Assembly: GCA_009914755.4 (NCBI GenBank)
Contig: CP068257.2
Location: forward strand, 17,856,001 to 17,920,000
Source: the human T2T-CHM13v2.0 reference genome, Homo sapiens
DNA length: 64,000 bases
Direction: 5' to 3'
The notes beneath the pieces were generated by a model, which had not been told where the DNA came from, did not search any database, and saw only the letters and a list, made by a program, of their open reading frames with translations. Positions 23,387-39,163 of the stretch are shown in pieces (the first letter of the stretch is position 1; every line of letters starts with the position of its first letter). Both the position numbers and the translations under genes were made by a program.

Positions 23387-25033
23387 AACCAGGAGAGAAA
23401 AAAAATCATGGAAAGAGAGGCCAAGGGATTTACAGTGTTGGTTCCAGTTTCTAAGATCTCCTACACTTCTGTTTTTGCCCTGTATGAGGCATTTTAAAGT
23501 TTGTTCTGTTAAACATTTTTAAAGTATAAAATAGCATATAGGGTTGTAGGGTATCTGTATTTGTGGCTCTGTTCAAACAAAGGCAAGAAACAATAAACTT
23601 TGCAATAAATAGATGAGATGTATTCAGGAAAGGAGTAGGAACAGAACAAGAGAGTAGTTGTGGATACCCGAGAAATAAACAACTTTACAAATTCTCAGTT
23701 CTCAAGGTTTCCCCTTGTGTTTTCTGGTCAGAATTGAGCACGTGAGTCCATTAATTAACACATCAATTATGCAAAGGCAGATAATGCAGAGGGGTGAGCA
23801 TGCAGAAAATTATTACCGCTTTATGTGAAATCAGTACATTCTTAGGAGACATCACAAATGTGAAAAAAAAAAGTTTGTAATAAGAAACATAGCTCTTGAC
23901 TCTTATTCTCCATGGGTCATGCATTATTTTCAATGTTTAAATCCATTATTCCTCCCCATTTAAGAGATCTGTGCACGGAGACTCACATCAATGCTTGAGG
24001 AGACAGAAAGCCAAATGCCGAAGTTGATTTGACCATGAGTTATGCAGAGGGTTATGATTTGATTAGGAGTTTGTGCACCAGGCTGTCATCGCAATCTCTC
24101 CAGTATCTTTTGTCTTTCCTGTTGTGTAGTTTAGATGATATTTTGAATAGTATAGTTTAATTAATACTGTGATGATATACAACATTTGATTTATAAAATT
24201 TAAACTATATCTTTCTTGTCTTCTTAACAAAATTATTGATCACTTTCTGTTTCTTTTTAGCTTCCATAACATTATAGTTCCCATGTAACAATTTATAATT
24301 ATCTAAATTTTTGCCATGCGTTATTGAGGAAAAAATCTTAAATGCATATCTGCTAAAAGTTATACAAATTACACTGATGGTATCGTGTACATCAATCCAT
24401 TATCTTGTAAGCTTTCTCTATAAAGGAGAAAATGAAACAAAAATGACAAGAAAATAATTTATAGTACCTTACAGACAAGATGTTTTCATGAAGAAATGAG
24501 TTAAATAAGAAGTTTTAAATAAGTTAAAAGGCCTATAGAAAATTTCTATTTTCATACAGTTGCATACTAAATCCTTAACCTAATTGAACACATATCTGAA
24601 AAAAACATACTTATAATTGACTCTGTAGTCTAGAAAATAAATAATTTATAGATATCATACTTTTTAAAAGTTTTTAAAATGAAACTGATAAATTATAAAT
24701 ACAATTTTAATTAGTTATAATGAATACATTATGAATTAATATGTGATTTACTCTAGAATTTATTAATCACCAAATAAGAATTTTCACTGTTAAAATTATC
24801 ATAGCTTGTTGTTGCTTTCAACCTAATAATCTGCTATTAGCCACATATTTGGAATGTATTCTTACTCCCATGCCTACCTGTTCCTCGAGGTGGTATCTTC
24901 TAAAATGAATGTGGACTCTTGGTTTCAGAGATGTTGCTCTTTATGTTCCTTTATGTTCTCTGCAGCCTGCAAAAATGTTGCATTCATGGAATCCCTACAG
25001 AGCAGAAGAATGCTTCCTATATATCTCACTATC

Positions 25034-25338
25034 TTTTTTTGTTTTGTTTTTGAGACAGGGGCTTGCTCTGTCACCTGGGTTGGAGTGCAATGGCACACAC
25101 ATAGCCCACTGCAAGCTCGATTTCCCAGGCTCAAGCAGTCCTCCAACCTCAACCTCCTAAGTAGATGGGACTAAAGGCCTGTGTCACTACACCCGGCTAT
25201 TTTTTTTTTTAAATATTTTTAGTAGAGAGAGGATCTTGCTTTGTTGTCAGGCTAGTCTCAAAATCCTGGGCTCAAGTGATGCTCCTGCCTTGGCTTCCCA
25301 AAGACCTGGGATTACAGGCATGAGCCATCACCCTGGCC
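25034..25338 (-). mobile_element. Alu (full length), minus orientation
   Basis: tttttttgttttgtttttgagacaggggcttgctctgtcacctgggttggagtgcaatggc … cctgggattacaggcatgagccatcaccctggcc. Confidence 0.95.
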
Positions 25339-25463
25339 ATCTTCACTACCCTTGACATATCTATGTATCTTCGCTGTTCTTGATGTAAGTTGAATCAATG
25401 AGGTAAAGAGATTATTTCTTACAAGGTACCACCATCCTGTTAAGCAAGACAACTTATACAAAT

Positions 25464-25818
25464 GCTCCTGAACTTATGATGAGTTTCAGTCTCAATAAAC
25501 CTATTGTAAGTTGAAAATATGGTAAGTTAAAAATACATTTAATGTATCTAACCTACTGAACTTAATAGCTTAGCCTAGCCTACCTTAAACATGCTCAAAA
25601 CACTTGCCTTAGCCTAGAGTTGAGCAAAATAATTTTATATGAGGCACATTTTATATTGAAGTGTTGAATATCTCATGTAATCCATTTAATACTGTATAGT
25701 AAGGGGAAAAGAATGGTTGGATGTATGCTCAAAGTGTGATTTCTACTGAATGCATATCACTTTTGCACCATTTTAAAGTTTAAAAATTAAATCAAACCAT
25801 TGTAAGTTGGGGACCACC
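25464..25818. mobile_element. Probable ancient non-autonomous DNA transposon fragment, recognised from memory only
   Basis: 'tgctcctgaacttatgatgagtttcagtctcaataaacctattgtaagttgaaaatatggtaagttaaaaatacatttaatgtatctaacctactgaac…agcctagcctaccttaaacatgctcaaaacacttgcc…gtgttgaatatctcatgtaat…ctactgaatgcatatcacttttgcaccattttaaagtt…ccattgtaagttggggaccacc'. It resembles a CpG-decayed copy of a human interspersed repeat with 'cgtaagtcgaaaat' motifs and imperfect terminal inverted symmetry. Confidence 0.4.
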
Positions 25819-28800
25819 TTTATTCTCATGGCTTCCTACAAAAGTTTTAGCATTGGTACTTTTAGATAAATTATTTACCACCATTCCAGAAAGGGGAAGA
25901 GAAGGCTTGACATCTCTTTGCGACCTTGAACCATTCAAATGAATCTTCATCTGTTTCCTGCAACACCATTGCCAAGCACTGAATTTTCAAAAAGACAATG
26001 AATATCTCATTAGGTATAGAATGGAAAAAATGACTGTATTAGTTATCTCTTGCTACCTAATAATATTATCACAAATTTAGAGACTTAATATAACATCCAT
26101 CTATCATATCACACTTTTGCAGATCAGGATTGCAGGCTTTGGTTAGCGGGGCTCTCTGCTGCAGTCTTAAACCTGCCATCAAGGTGTTGGCCAGGGCTTC
26201 AGATTCCTCTGAGATCTGACTGGGGAGAAATCACCTCCTAATCTCATGTGGTTGTTTGCAGAATTTAACTACTTTTAGGCTGTGAAGTGACAGCAGTCTC
26301 AGTTTCTTTCTAGTTTTTGGACAGAGGCCACCCTCAGCTCATTGCCTCCTCAATGTGGCAGTACAACATGGCAGCTAGCTTCCTCCAGGCCAACAAGGAA
26401 GACATTCTCTTCCCAGTATAAATGCTGCAGGTTTATGCAACATAATTATGTATGGTAATCACATATATCCTGTCAACTTTGCCATCTTCTATTGAATAGA
26501 AGCATTCATGGTTCCTGCCATACCCCAGGGAAGGTGATGACACGAAGCTGTGAATTCCAGGAGGCAGGGATCATGGGGTCCACTTTAAAATCTGTCTCTA
26601 ACAAAGGACCTTATTTCACCAAAACTGTGTGAAATTCACTTTCTCTTCAAGTTTCTCAACCTCTTATTCTTTGAGTCTTGGTTAGGTCTATTCTGGAAAC
26701 TTCTCATATATGCCTGGACAAGACTATGTTGCCTGAGAATGGGCACAACAAATCTCTGAAATCACTTGGAACATGGGCATGATTCCTATAAGGATATTGT
26801 TCTAAAAATGTAATTACTTTTATTCAGAGACAATCTATGGAAACAGAATCAAAATATATTGAGCATTTCTACCTTATCAGATATTATCCCAGTGACTTAC
26901 AATTTTCACTTAAAATACTTTTTTCCTATTTTAAGAACAGATGTGAGCCATCTGTTTTTAATCAAAAATCCATATTAAATTACACCTTTAATTCTGGTGA
27001 TAAGTAGGAAAAACATCTAAATGTAATTTGACTTGTGTATGTGGTTTCTTCATTAGGTTTATTCCCTTTTAGACATGTCAAAACCTCATTGTCTTGAATG
27101 CTGATGATGTAATGAAGAGATTAAGAATTTGTATACCATCTAAACCATGAAGAGGCACAGGAGAAAATCTGAATTATACAAGCATGTGCTGAGAGAATCA
27201 TTAAACGATTTGGTTCATTTAACATTATATACCCATGTGACTCTTCCATATTTTCGAGCAAGAATAAATTTGAGACAACTGTTGAATTTATTGTTCATTT
27301 ATTTTACTTTAATCTATGTATCTACCACAGAAGTCTGGGTTAAAGAATCAAAATATTTTATGTGTCTAATACACAGTCTTTAAATACAGATTTAAGAGGT
27401 AATTATTGTGTAGGATATAGAAAATGTTACATTTATTCCGATATTTATGGGTAAATTCATGACCACGGAGGAAGAACTTACCCTAAATGATTGAAAGCTT
27501 TTCTGTCAAAGTAGAATTTACCCTCCATTTACAGACAGGCTAGACTATTATAGGGCCTGGTCCCTGGAATTTCTTCATTGTTACAAGAGCACAATAAAGA
27601 GATATTTCTCTCCCTGCTCATTAGAAGCAATGCCAGCACAGCTCTGCAGAGCCACAATTCCAGATTACACGAGGGATAAGAAAGGAGAGAGGAGATTAGT
27701 GCAGCTGAGATGATCCTCCTTTTTGGCATTTTCCCTCTTGAGAAAACACTGTTATGCCTTTGATGCCACCTTTCTACTCTGGCTATTTGGAGATATTCAT
27801 AATCTATATCACAACCCTGACCTTGGCCCCAGATAGTCTCATCTTTCCAAATAACAGCCAAAGATTTGTAGCAGGGCTGCATTCATAATAGATGCAAAAT
27901 TAAATTCTACTAAGTCTCATGTTTTTTTTTTTGCTTTCGTATTTTTATCATGTAAACAACATGGCATATTCCAAAGGCTTAAAGGATAAATCCTAGAGAA
28001 ACACACATAAGTTGAAAGAGGTAAATCTGCAGGACTGGAGAAGGAGAAGCTGTAACCATTCTGCAAGTGTAGCAAGGCAGGAGCCAACTCAAGTTTTTTA
28101 TATTCTATCAGAGAACAAGCAAATCACTGAAAGAAATTCTGAATGTGATGTGCATCCCAACCAAGCAGGGGACATAAGGCAGGTTTTCCTTCTAGGTCAG
28201 AAAACCAGGAGGAGAGAGAGCCTCATGCAACTTAGATACCAGAGCCCAAGAATCAGACAGACAGAAAGACCTCCTTACATTAGGATATGGGGTGTGGCGG
28301 TGTCACGGTGGGATCAGTTACAGAACAGTTGCTTCATAATGCTGCCAAGTGCTGAGAAAAGTTATGCCAGACAATGAGTCATCAGGCACAGAAAATTATT
28401 GGACTATGTCAAAATGCTTTCTCCTAAACAGCAAAGTCTTCTGACAACTTGGGAAACATGACTTCTGCTCTTGTCTGGTACAGAGAAGAGGGCTGGGGGG
28501 AGCTTCCAGAAAACTGAATAGCACATACATCTCTGAAAGACAAGAAATAACAACACAAATAAAAAGGCAAGATGATATTTTTAAAAGAAAAGAATTGAAA
28601 CAAAAACATTTGTTGAATGTTTATTGATTAGTAATTATGTAGTGAAACTCTTCTACACACTGGGGATACATCAAGTTCCAACTTCTCACACTCAGGTGAG
28701 AGACCATAAACAAATAAATGATTAAATGATGTTGTATGTCATAAAATAGTACATTTTAGAAAGAAAGCAAAGTAGACAAGGACAAGAGTCCGTGAGTTTG

Positions 28801-28906
28801 CATGTGTGGGGAGTGGGAATAGGATTGCAATTTTAAATAGGGTAGAAAGGCTGGCTTCCTTGAGAAAGTAACATTTGAGCACATTGATTAAGAAGGTGAC
28901 CAAGTG

Positions 28907-29807
<901 letters not shown>

Positions 29808-31235
29808 GCCACTGTGGCTAGTGTAGAGTGAGCCAACTTGTGCCTAGCAGGGGATGAGATTAGCGATGCAAGACCACAGTAGCCCTTTTAAGTCACTGTT
29901 ACAACCAAGACTGTTGTCTGAGAATAAGAAAATATCAAAGAAAGTGATAAGAGGGAGGAGATAATATGATAGGTTTTAAGAGTATCACTCCAGTTGCTAT
30001 AGTAGGTGACTTATGTTTCTTTCTACAATTTCTCTAAACTGTCTACATTTTTCATATTATATTCATAATTAAAATGACAGGTTTTTTTTCCTCGAAGCTA
30101 GTTCCAGGAGCTAGAACAACATTTTCATCTTCTAGGACAGTGACAGACCTGACAACAGTTAGGCATTGGCACTCTAACAACATGTAGCATAGTCTAAATC
30201 AGGGGTCAGCCATTGTGACCTGAGTTCGGAAAATGCCAATATAAAAGTCACATGCTGACTGCTGTGTGGCAATAACCACTCAAATGGTAAAGTATCTCAT
30301 GCAGAGAAGATCAAGAAAGAGATATTGTCTCATCCAGCTGCCTGAAAAGGGAAAATATTCAGACACTTTTCACATTCTTCCTATGATCTTGAAAGTCACT
30401 GAACACTCCTCAAGTATTTTGCTTTTTTTATTGTTGTTGTGAGAAAAGACACAGATGGAAGTCACAGGCTGTGACCACAGTCCATTGTTCTTAAGCAAGA
30501 TTCCTCAGGAAACTTTGTGTTCCTACCCAGAATGTAAATGATCTGTTACAACAAGAGAACAGTGTCTGGAATGTTTGCAAATTACCTTTGAGATGTCTCT
30601 CTTCATCTAAAATTATCCTTACTTGTTCTTAATGTTTCCATACTAGCAAAAATAAATCCAGCACTGCATTGCTGCAAAATAGGTAGAAGTTGTAATTGAA
30701 TAACCTGTTGAAGCCACCATTTCTGCCCAGACAAGTTATTGTCAATGTCATTGTTTTTTGGTTGGGCTGTGGGTCCATGTGTGGGTCAACATATAGCTTA
30801 AATAAATGTAACCCATAAATGACTAGAAGAGGGCTATGCTTGAATTAATAATGACACTGTTCCACGGCTAATAATAATAAATAATTCTTTTCAGTGTACC
30901 TGAGGTCTATTTAAAAATATATTAAAAAGTTAAAAGTTGGTAAAAAACAAATTAGCTGCTGTTTGTTACTTGGTATCCTGGGTCATCTTCCCTTCCATGA
31001 TAAAAATCTGAAAGAACTATAGGCCAGTATTGTTTAATTTTAAAACAAAATTAGAAAACTTGAAGTTTAGAATAAAATTCAAGCCATGGTTTTCCCTTAC
31101 TTTGTATTGTATTTATTAAAATGTTTTCAAAGATGAAACTTTTTGAATGTTTTCAGAGTTCCTGAAAAAGTTAAATAAGTCACTTCTTGTTTGTGTTTTG
31201 TGGGCTTTTGTTTTGTTGTGTTTTTAAATAAATTT

Positions 31236-32485
31236 TATTTTTTAGAGCAGTCTTAGCTTTACAGCAAAATTGAGCAGAAGGTATATATTTTCCATATATT
31301 CTCTGCCCCCACATATGCATAACCTCCCCAAGTATCAACATCTCCCACCAGAGAGGTATATTTCTTATAATCAATGAGCCTATATTGACACATCGTTATC
31401 ACCCAAAGTTCATAGTTTATATTAGGATTCGTTCTTGGTGTTGTAAGTTCTATGGTTTTGCAAAAATGCATAATGACATGTGTTCACCATTGTAGTATCA
31501 TACAAAGTAGATTTACTGCTCTAAAAATCCTCTGTGTTCCACTTGTTTATCCCTCCCTTTTCCCCAAGTCCTGGAAACCACTGATTCTTTTACTGTCTCC
31601 CTCATTTTGCCTTTCCATAATGTGATTTTGTTAAAATCATACAGTATTCAACCTTTTCAGATTGTCTCTCAGTAATACGCATTTAAGTTTCCTCGATGTC
31701 TTTTTATGGCATCATAGCACTTTTTTAGTGCTGAATAATATTTCATTGTGTGTATATACCACATATTCTTTATTAATCTACTGAAGGACATCTTGATTGT
31801 TTGCATGTTTTGGCAGTTATGAATAAAGTGCCTATAAATATGCACGTAGACTGTGTTTTCAACTCATTTTGGTAAAAACCAAGGTGTGTGATTGCTGCTA
31901 AATACCAAGATGTGTTATTACTAAATATGGTAAAAACATATTTAATATTGTCAGGAACTGCTCATCTGTCTTCCAAAGTTGCTTGGCAATTTTGCATTCC
32001 TACCAGAGACAAATGAGAGTTCCAGCCAGCATTTGGTGCTGCCAGTTGTCAATTTTATGTCAATACATAAAATCAGTATGTATTTTAAGAGCCACCAAAA
32101 TGTTTTGGATATTGACCATTCTAATAGGTACATAATGGTAGTTCATTGTTGCCTTAATTTGCATTTTCCTCATGGAGCAACTTTTCATCTACTTTTCCAT
32201 CTTTATATTTTCTTTGGTGAGGTGTCCATTAAGGTTTTTTAAAGTGTTCTTTGTATATTTTGGATATCTGTGTTTTATCAAACAATGTATTCTGCAAATA
32301 TTTTCTCCCAGCTTGTAGGTTGTCTATTTACTTTATTAACAGTATGTTTTACAGAGAAAACATTTTTGATTATAATGAAGTCAAGTTTATTAATATCTTT
32401 CACTGAGTATACCTTATCTGGTCTTGTATCTTAAAAGTCATTGCCAAACTCGAGGTCATCTAGATTTTCTACTAAGCAATGTTTT
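31236..32485 (-). mobile_element. L1M-type ancient LINE-1 3' portion (ORF2 end and 3'UTR), minus orientation
   Basis: 'ttttttagagcagtcttagctttacagcaaaattgagcagaaggtatatattttccatatattctctgcccccacatatgcataacctccccaagtatcaacatctcccaccagagaggtatatttcttataatcaatgagcctatattgacacatcgttatcacccaaagttcatagtttatattaggattc…' is the reverse complement of the L1M 3'-end consensus. It continues through '…ccattctaataggtacataatggtagttcattgttgccttaatttgcattttcctcatgg…ctttggtgaggtgtccattaaggttttttaaagtgttctttgtatattttggatat…'. Confidence 0.85.
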
Positions 32486-35400
32486 TCAATAAGTAAGAAA
32501 TTAAACACAGTCAAAAAATTTCTAAATTTTATTTAATATTAATTGACTAAACTTAAAATGAGTATTAAAAAATAATGATTACATTTTTGTTATTCTGCTG
32601 CAACCCTATATGGACATATTTCATAGAGTTTAATCAATTTTCACGTGTCACACTGGGTGAGAATTTCTTAAAATTGTACATTCCTAAGAGTTTTATCTTA
32701 GCCTAGCCTACAAGGAAGAATCAGCATGCGGTACGTGAATTTAAGTATAGTATTATGAGGAAGTAAAGGTAACACACTTCAACTGGTTACCAAGCAAATT
32801 CTTCAAAATTTCTACTTAGCTGTTGGTGTTACTGAACACTTTCAGAAGTTTGCCACAACTTCTGTCGCTTTCACGCGGAGCGCAAAAGAAGTTGAGACAA
32901 ACAAAAGTAAGTGTTAGTTTCAGTTGAGAAAGACTCACGAGTAAGTCTCATGTCATTTATTACCTCTGATTGAATAGCCCTATGGGTGATGAACAAGGTT
33001 GCCAGGTCATCCACCTCAGATAATAAGAACAGAAAGCAAACACTATGAAAAGATTTTGTTTTGTTCATAGTTTCAGATTTCTGTTATATACAGTCAACAT
33101 GTTTTAAAGACGGTTTACTAATTTCTTAAAGAATGAATATGTGCAAATGAAGATCAATGAACATCTAAATCATGTTTCAAAAAGAGACAGTAATACTGGC
33201 CAATTGCCAGCTGCTTCTATCCATCCCTCCAGTTACTACGACAGGTAAAAATGGAGATGATAAATAATGCTCCTTCAGGAAAAAGGTGGCAAATTTGGTT
33301 GATGGGGTAAATGCCCCATTTGCTTCTTTCTTTGTTCATTGCATTTGAATTTTTTAAAAAAAAACTCCTTTATTTAATTTTTTTAGAAAACCTGGTCTTA
33401 GGTGCCCACTTAAGTTCATATGAGAAGGGTTTGGAAGATTGAGATAAATGGTTGCATTTCAGCTTTATTCCTCTATCCATTGTCTCTACAGGAATAGACA
33501 ATGTACCAATGAGACAATAATTTGCTTGGTGGAAATACTGCATTACATCCTCTCATATGCTTTTCATGTGTACACCAAACCTGCTTTTCTGGAAATAGTA
33601 ATCCTTCCCTGAAAGCAAGACAGAGACTGCCTGGAGGAAGGATGCAAAGATAAGAGAAGAGCTTCAAACTTGTTTAGCTGTCAACTTCTGTTCTCAATCT
33701 TGATGTGTTATTACTTCCCCTCAAGTTCTCTCAGCTGTTTCCTAGAGATTGAACATCTCCTCCCTACCACGTGCTGCTAAGAAACTCTCTTATTTGCTTG
33801 ATTGCTACTGTCATTGTTATCATCATTTGTCTGAGGAAACATTATGGTCTTTGCCATGCTCTAAAGAAAATTAATTTGTTCTTTTCATAAGGCAGTGAAT
33901 AATTACTTTTTATTTTAAGATTATGATCTAATATTAATCACTCTCATTTCCTAGACTTCTGCTACGTAATGGCTGCCCTTGAATTTTTTTTCAAAAGTTT
34001 GTACAGTGAGGAATCCTTTCCTCCCTCAGTACCTCTATCTCCTCTTAATTTTTAGAGGAGTACCCCAGAGAGGTTCATCCACAGCCAAACACAGAAGACA
34101 ATGCCTAGGTATAGTTGACTCACAGCCTTGATGAAATGCTGCATTCTTTAATACCTTAGATAAATGACACTGAAGTTGTTATCCAATAATATATTTTTTC
34201 AGAGCATGGACATATCAACATCTTTTATCTCTCCAATCAAAATCTTTACAAATGACAAGCATGCAAAACTCCTCATGATACAGAATAAGATGTAAAAACT
34301 GAAAAACTTCTCATGATTTAATTCCTTCTGATTGATATAATATACACAAATCATTTCTTGAGAATGACTTGGGTACTGATGTATCATGGTATGCTAGGAA
34401 CAGTCATCAAGTCTATCACTTTCCCAGATGAATAAATGATGCTCACATGGCAGACGGCAATGTGTTCTTGACCAGTCAAGCAAGGTTTTCCAAAGATCCC
34501 CTATGACACCTTCTTCTTACAACCTCCTTACTCCTCAGACCTTAGATTGGCATTCTAACAATTCCTGATTTATATTTCCATAAGGAAGGAAGCCCTAACT
34601 CAGATATTGAGTAGGAGCAAGGAATGATCATTCTTTTTTGCCTATCATTCTATAGCAATCCATAAACCTCAGTTTCTTTTTTCTTAACCTAAAAGAGTTT
34701 AGTTTCATTACTGCTGGTGTGGAACACACATTTGTTACCATGACCCAGACTTTTCTTGAGTTATAATTACTTCTATGTGATCCCTACATTGGTCTGAATG
34801 CTTTCCCGAAGGATTCTTTAAAACAATATAAAACACATTCTCAAAAAGTGTTATCATTAGCTTTCTTATAGGTTTAATCAATGTATAATTTTTCCATGCA
34901 TACATTAGAATCTATACTTGGGTATTGTAAAATATTTCTATTGTAATATTTTTGTGCAACATAATGCATATTTAAAATGCACTAAGCACCTGCTTTATAG
35001 AAAAGTGCTCAAGTTGGAAAATAAGAAAATAAGAAAACCCAATGATATTTAAAGATGAAAATATAAGTGATCTATTCTACTTTCATTTGAGTCCTTGTTT
35101 TTAAAATAGGTAAATTAAGACTAGTAAATTTAAAAATGTTATTATTAAAAAGACAGTAAAACATACAGTCAAATAGTTTTAGGCTTCAGAAAATAGTTTT
35201 TTAGAATTGGAATAATCTTCAATGGTCCCAAATATGTCTTGAATCATATGGGAATAGCAACTAGGTTTGTTAGTGCTTTATCCATGGTCAATCACTAAAA
35301 GAAAGAAACTGTAACTGAGTTTATCGAGGTCTTATAAAGATTTATCCAACTATAGGAATAATCCTTCAATAAATGAATAGCATTACCAATTATAGTCTGT

Positions 35401-35758
35401 AAAAAAGGAATTGTCCTTGGACTTATTTTAAGCAAATGCTTATCTCTAGAAAGTCTATTGGGAGAACAGTCTTGTTACCATGCATCATTAGGCAATTGGC
35501 AGTGTGCATGTCAGCAGATTACAGAATTATGGCTCCCAGTGGTCTAACCAGTTTTCTTCAAGAATGCTACTAAAATCAATATCAACAAGGAACAGGATCC
35601 AGATTTTTTAAGGGCTGACAACAGCTAATCTATGTTGTGAGACATCTCCCCAGTCTGTGTTCAGGCAGCATGTGCTCTAAAGTTTGAAGAAACGGAGCCA
35701 ATAGAAGCCTAGGCAGAAGTCATATACAATGGAAAAAGGAAAAACAAAATGTTAAGAC

Positions 35759-36044
35759 TTGGCTCACGCCTGTAATCCCAGAACTTTGGGAGGCCGAGGG
35801 GGACAGATCACGAGGTTAAGAGTTTGAGACCAGGCTGGCCAACACAGTGAAATCCCATCTCTACTAAAAATACAAAAAATTAGTCGGGAGTGGTGGTGGG
35901 CGCCTGTAATCTCAGCTATTCAGGAGGCTCAGGCAGGAGAATCGCTTGAACCCAGGAGGCAGAGGTTGCAGTGAGCTGAGATCAAGCCATTGCGCTGCAG
36001 TCTGGGCAACAGTGCAAGACTCCAACTCAAAAAAAAAAAAAAAA
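35759..36044 (+). mobile_element. Alu, 5'-truncated by about 15 bp, with poly-A tail
   Basis: ttggctcacgcctgtaatcccagaactttgggaggccgag … ccattgcgctgcagtctgggcaacagtgcaagactccaactc + A24. Confidence 0.9.
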
Positions 36045-36602
36045 CTTGGAATTAAAACAATGCCATGTGGTACACTGTATCTAGAGTTTATTTGGATATT
36101 GTTTTAAATACTCAATGAAGTTTATATTTTTATAGGTATTAAAAAGTGACTTTTTTTTGACTTAGAAAAAATACCTTTATGTATTTTAAGAGCCACTAAA
36201 ATGCAAAATCCAATTGCTTGCTCAATTTGGAACCTAAAAGTTCCAAACTGGAGTTAGAAGAAAGGGAATTAGAACACCTCTCTTTCAAGGTCTTGAGCCT
36301 ATTCAAAAAAGACTCAATATGACAGTCTGGTAGTATGGGAAACACTCTTGGTGTCTGCTGCTCTGGTCTTATGCCTAAAACTCTACCTGCATTATCTTCA
36401 GATAACTTAGATAGAACTACTTTCTTTGAATGATTAAAGGTCTTTTAATTTTAAATACTGTGTAAAACATTAAGAAAATAAACTTGAAGTTATGTAGAAT
36501 GAAAAAGGCTAGAGGTTTGATATACAGCATGAAGACTATAGTTAATACTGTACTGTATACTGAAAATCTGTTAACAGAGTATATTTTATGTGCTCTGAAC
36601 AT

Positions 36603-36615
36603 ACACACACACACA
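36603..36615. repeat. Short (AC)n run
   Basis: acacacacacaca. Confidence 0.7.
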
Positions 36616-37444
36616 AGCAACTATGGATCATGATGCGCAAATTAATTTGCTTTACTATAGTATTAATTTCATTATATTTATGTATATTAAAACAGCATGT
36701 TGTACATGTTAAACGTATTCAATGATAAAGAAAATGGAAATCATCGCCTTTGTATTTGAGATTTAAAAAAGAAACTTTGCATATGTGACATTTTGTATTC
36801 TTATAATGTTAAGAGAATTGTGGCCCTGAAACTGCAATACATAGTTCCCATTTACAGGTTCAATTGCAGAATTGATTTAAACTTAGGATTTTAGATTAAG
36901 CTCTTTCTAAACTTGTTGATACAATTATAACATTATTGAGAAAATAAAGTCTACCATATTTAGTCACAAAACTTTCTTGCTTAAAAATAAAATCACATAT
37001 ATTGTTTATAGTGCTTATTAGAATGTGTGAAGGTATTAAGTCTGCAGATGGATAAAACTACTCCAAAACCTCTCAAAAATGACTGATTCAATTCAATAGA
37101 TTAAAAACAGAATTAAATAAATGTTTTTATTTATAAATTTAAAAATTATAATACAATTGTTCATACAAAAAATAAATATTTCTTAGGTCTATTTTGCATG
37201 CAGAAATTATTCTTAAGTCGGTATTTTATTTAATTATTATTTTATATTTTTACAGACTTGCCTTCAGAGTTCTGTAGGTATTTTAAAAACTCATATCATC
37301 AAGGGAAAGGTACATAATTTGGTGCATGTTTCTGTGCTGAAGGTGTTCTTTTTACAAATCAAATATCAGGTTTCTGGCGTCTAATCAGCTTTCTGATATC
37401 AGGTAATAGAAATGAATTGGCAGTTATATCAGGATCTGGGAAAA

Positions 37445-37560
37445 GTGAGTATCTCTAAACATATAACACCCCCACACACCTACCCACCCCATATCCACGC
37501 ACATCCCCCAACACACACACATACACACACACACACACACACAACCTATTTGTGAGACTT
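37445..37560. repeat. CA-rich low-complexity tract / degenerate (CA)n
   Basis: acacccccacacacctacccaccccatatccacgcacatcccccaacacacacacatacacacacacacacacacacaacc. Confidence 0.8.
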
Positions 37561-37572
37561 AAAAACATCTCT

Positions 37573-37921
<349 letters not shown>

Positions 37922-39163
37922 CTATATCTGTAAACATATCTGCTATTATTATTTCTGGTTAAATGAAAGTGAAATATAAACCAGATGAAAAAATCATCTA
38001 AAGAAGATATCTTTAATAACTAAAACATATATCTTAAACGACTTAATTGCCGCGTTTTTGGGGTTTGAAAATAGATATTCAACAGAAATATTTATTGATA
38101 ATTTATCTTTTATTTTTATTTGCAAATCGCTAAGTCTTTTATCCAAATAACATAAAGGCTCTAATTCAAAATATTTGTATGTATTTTAAAAATATTTTAA
38201 TATAGAAAAAAGCTCAGAAAGATAATTTTATAACTATGCTGCAAAACACTGTTTTTATATATCCTTGTATTTTTCATGTGTTTTTCTTAATTTAAAATGT
38301 TCATGAGATAATATTTGGAATATTCCACACTATCCAAAGAGAAGAATAAGACAAAAGCTATAATAAAAATGTTATGTTATGTTTGAATAAGCCAAGCATA
38401 AAAAATAGGTTCCGTATATTGTTCAGATTTTTGTCAGTTATAAACTAAAAATAGTTTAATCTAAAACTTTAAATATTATCTACTTAAAAATTAAAATAAA
38501 ACATAATGTGGTATTTCTATGATTTTTGCAGAGTAATTTTTAGACATTAGCTATATTTTTAAGGTAATAATCCTCTTAAAAATGACTAATTAATGTAGCT
38601 GAGTTGATTTTCCTAATTTTTACTTCAAACTTCTTATTTTTTAGGTTAGTGCACTGATATATTCTTTTTCATTGTATTTTTTAAATTCATAAAAATATAT
38701 TTTATACTATGCTGCCAATTTGATAAAAGGAATGATTGAAAAATTCATTTACAACTTATGCAAACCAATAAGTAACAGGTGGCTGGTAATTACTGATTTT
38801 TTATACATTTATTCTTTTTTCTGCACATGCAAATATAAAATAGAATTTCCTATCAAGCAAGGATTTCTCCTTGGGTTCTTCTGTCCAACATGGGAATTAG
38901 TGCCCAATAGTACCAGATAGTAGAATAGTTAAACAGGAAATAACCTAGATAAGATGACATTAAAACTCTTTCTTCTTTCTTCTCGCCTTTTGAAAAGGCT
39001 TTCATGTTAAATCAAAACAAAATATACCTCAACAAAAACAAAATAAAACAAAATAAAAGCATACCCAACATAGCAAATAGTGCAGTACAATAATTTATGG
39101 ATATCCTGTCCATACCAATTCATTGTGAATTCTTACTCATAAAGAAATTACTTTTAAGCTTTT

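Noticed and set aside
26100-26600. Segment '…tgccatcttctattgaatagaagcattcatggttcctgccataccccagggaaggtgatgacacgaagctgtgaattccaggaggcagggatcatggggtccactttaaaatctgtctctaac' resembling an old mammalian interspersed repeat
   Set aside because: The pattern (…catcttagaatctg…ctac-like 3' end) feels familiar, but I cannot assign a family or boundaries with any confidence, so it is not listed as a feature. RepeatMasker would settle it.
27529-28377. ORFs of 117 aa (minus, 27529-27882) and 121 aa (plus, 28012-28377) in unique DNA, as possible exons
   Set aside because: No recognisable domain or motif, no flanking splice or promoter signals that I can support, and a composition typical of chance ORFs. 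No evidence for coding from the sequence alone.
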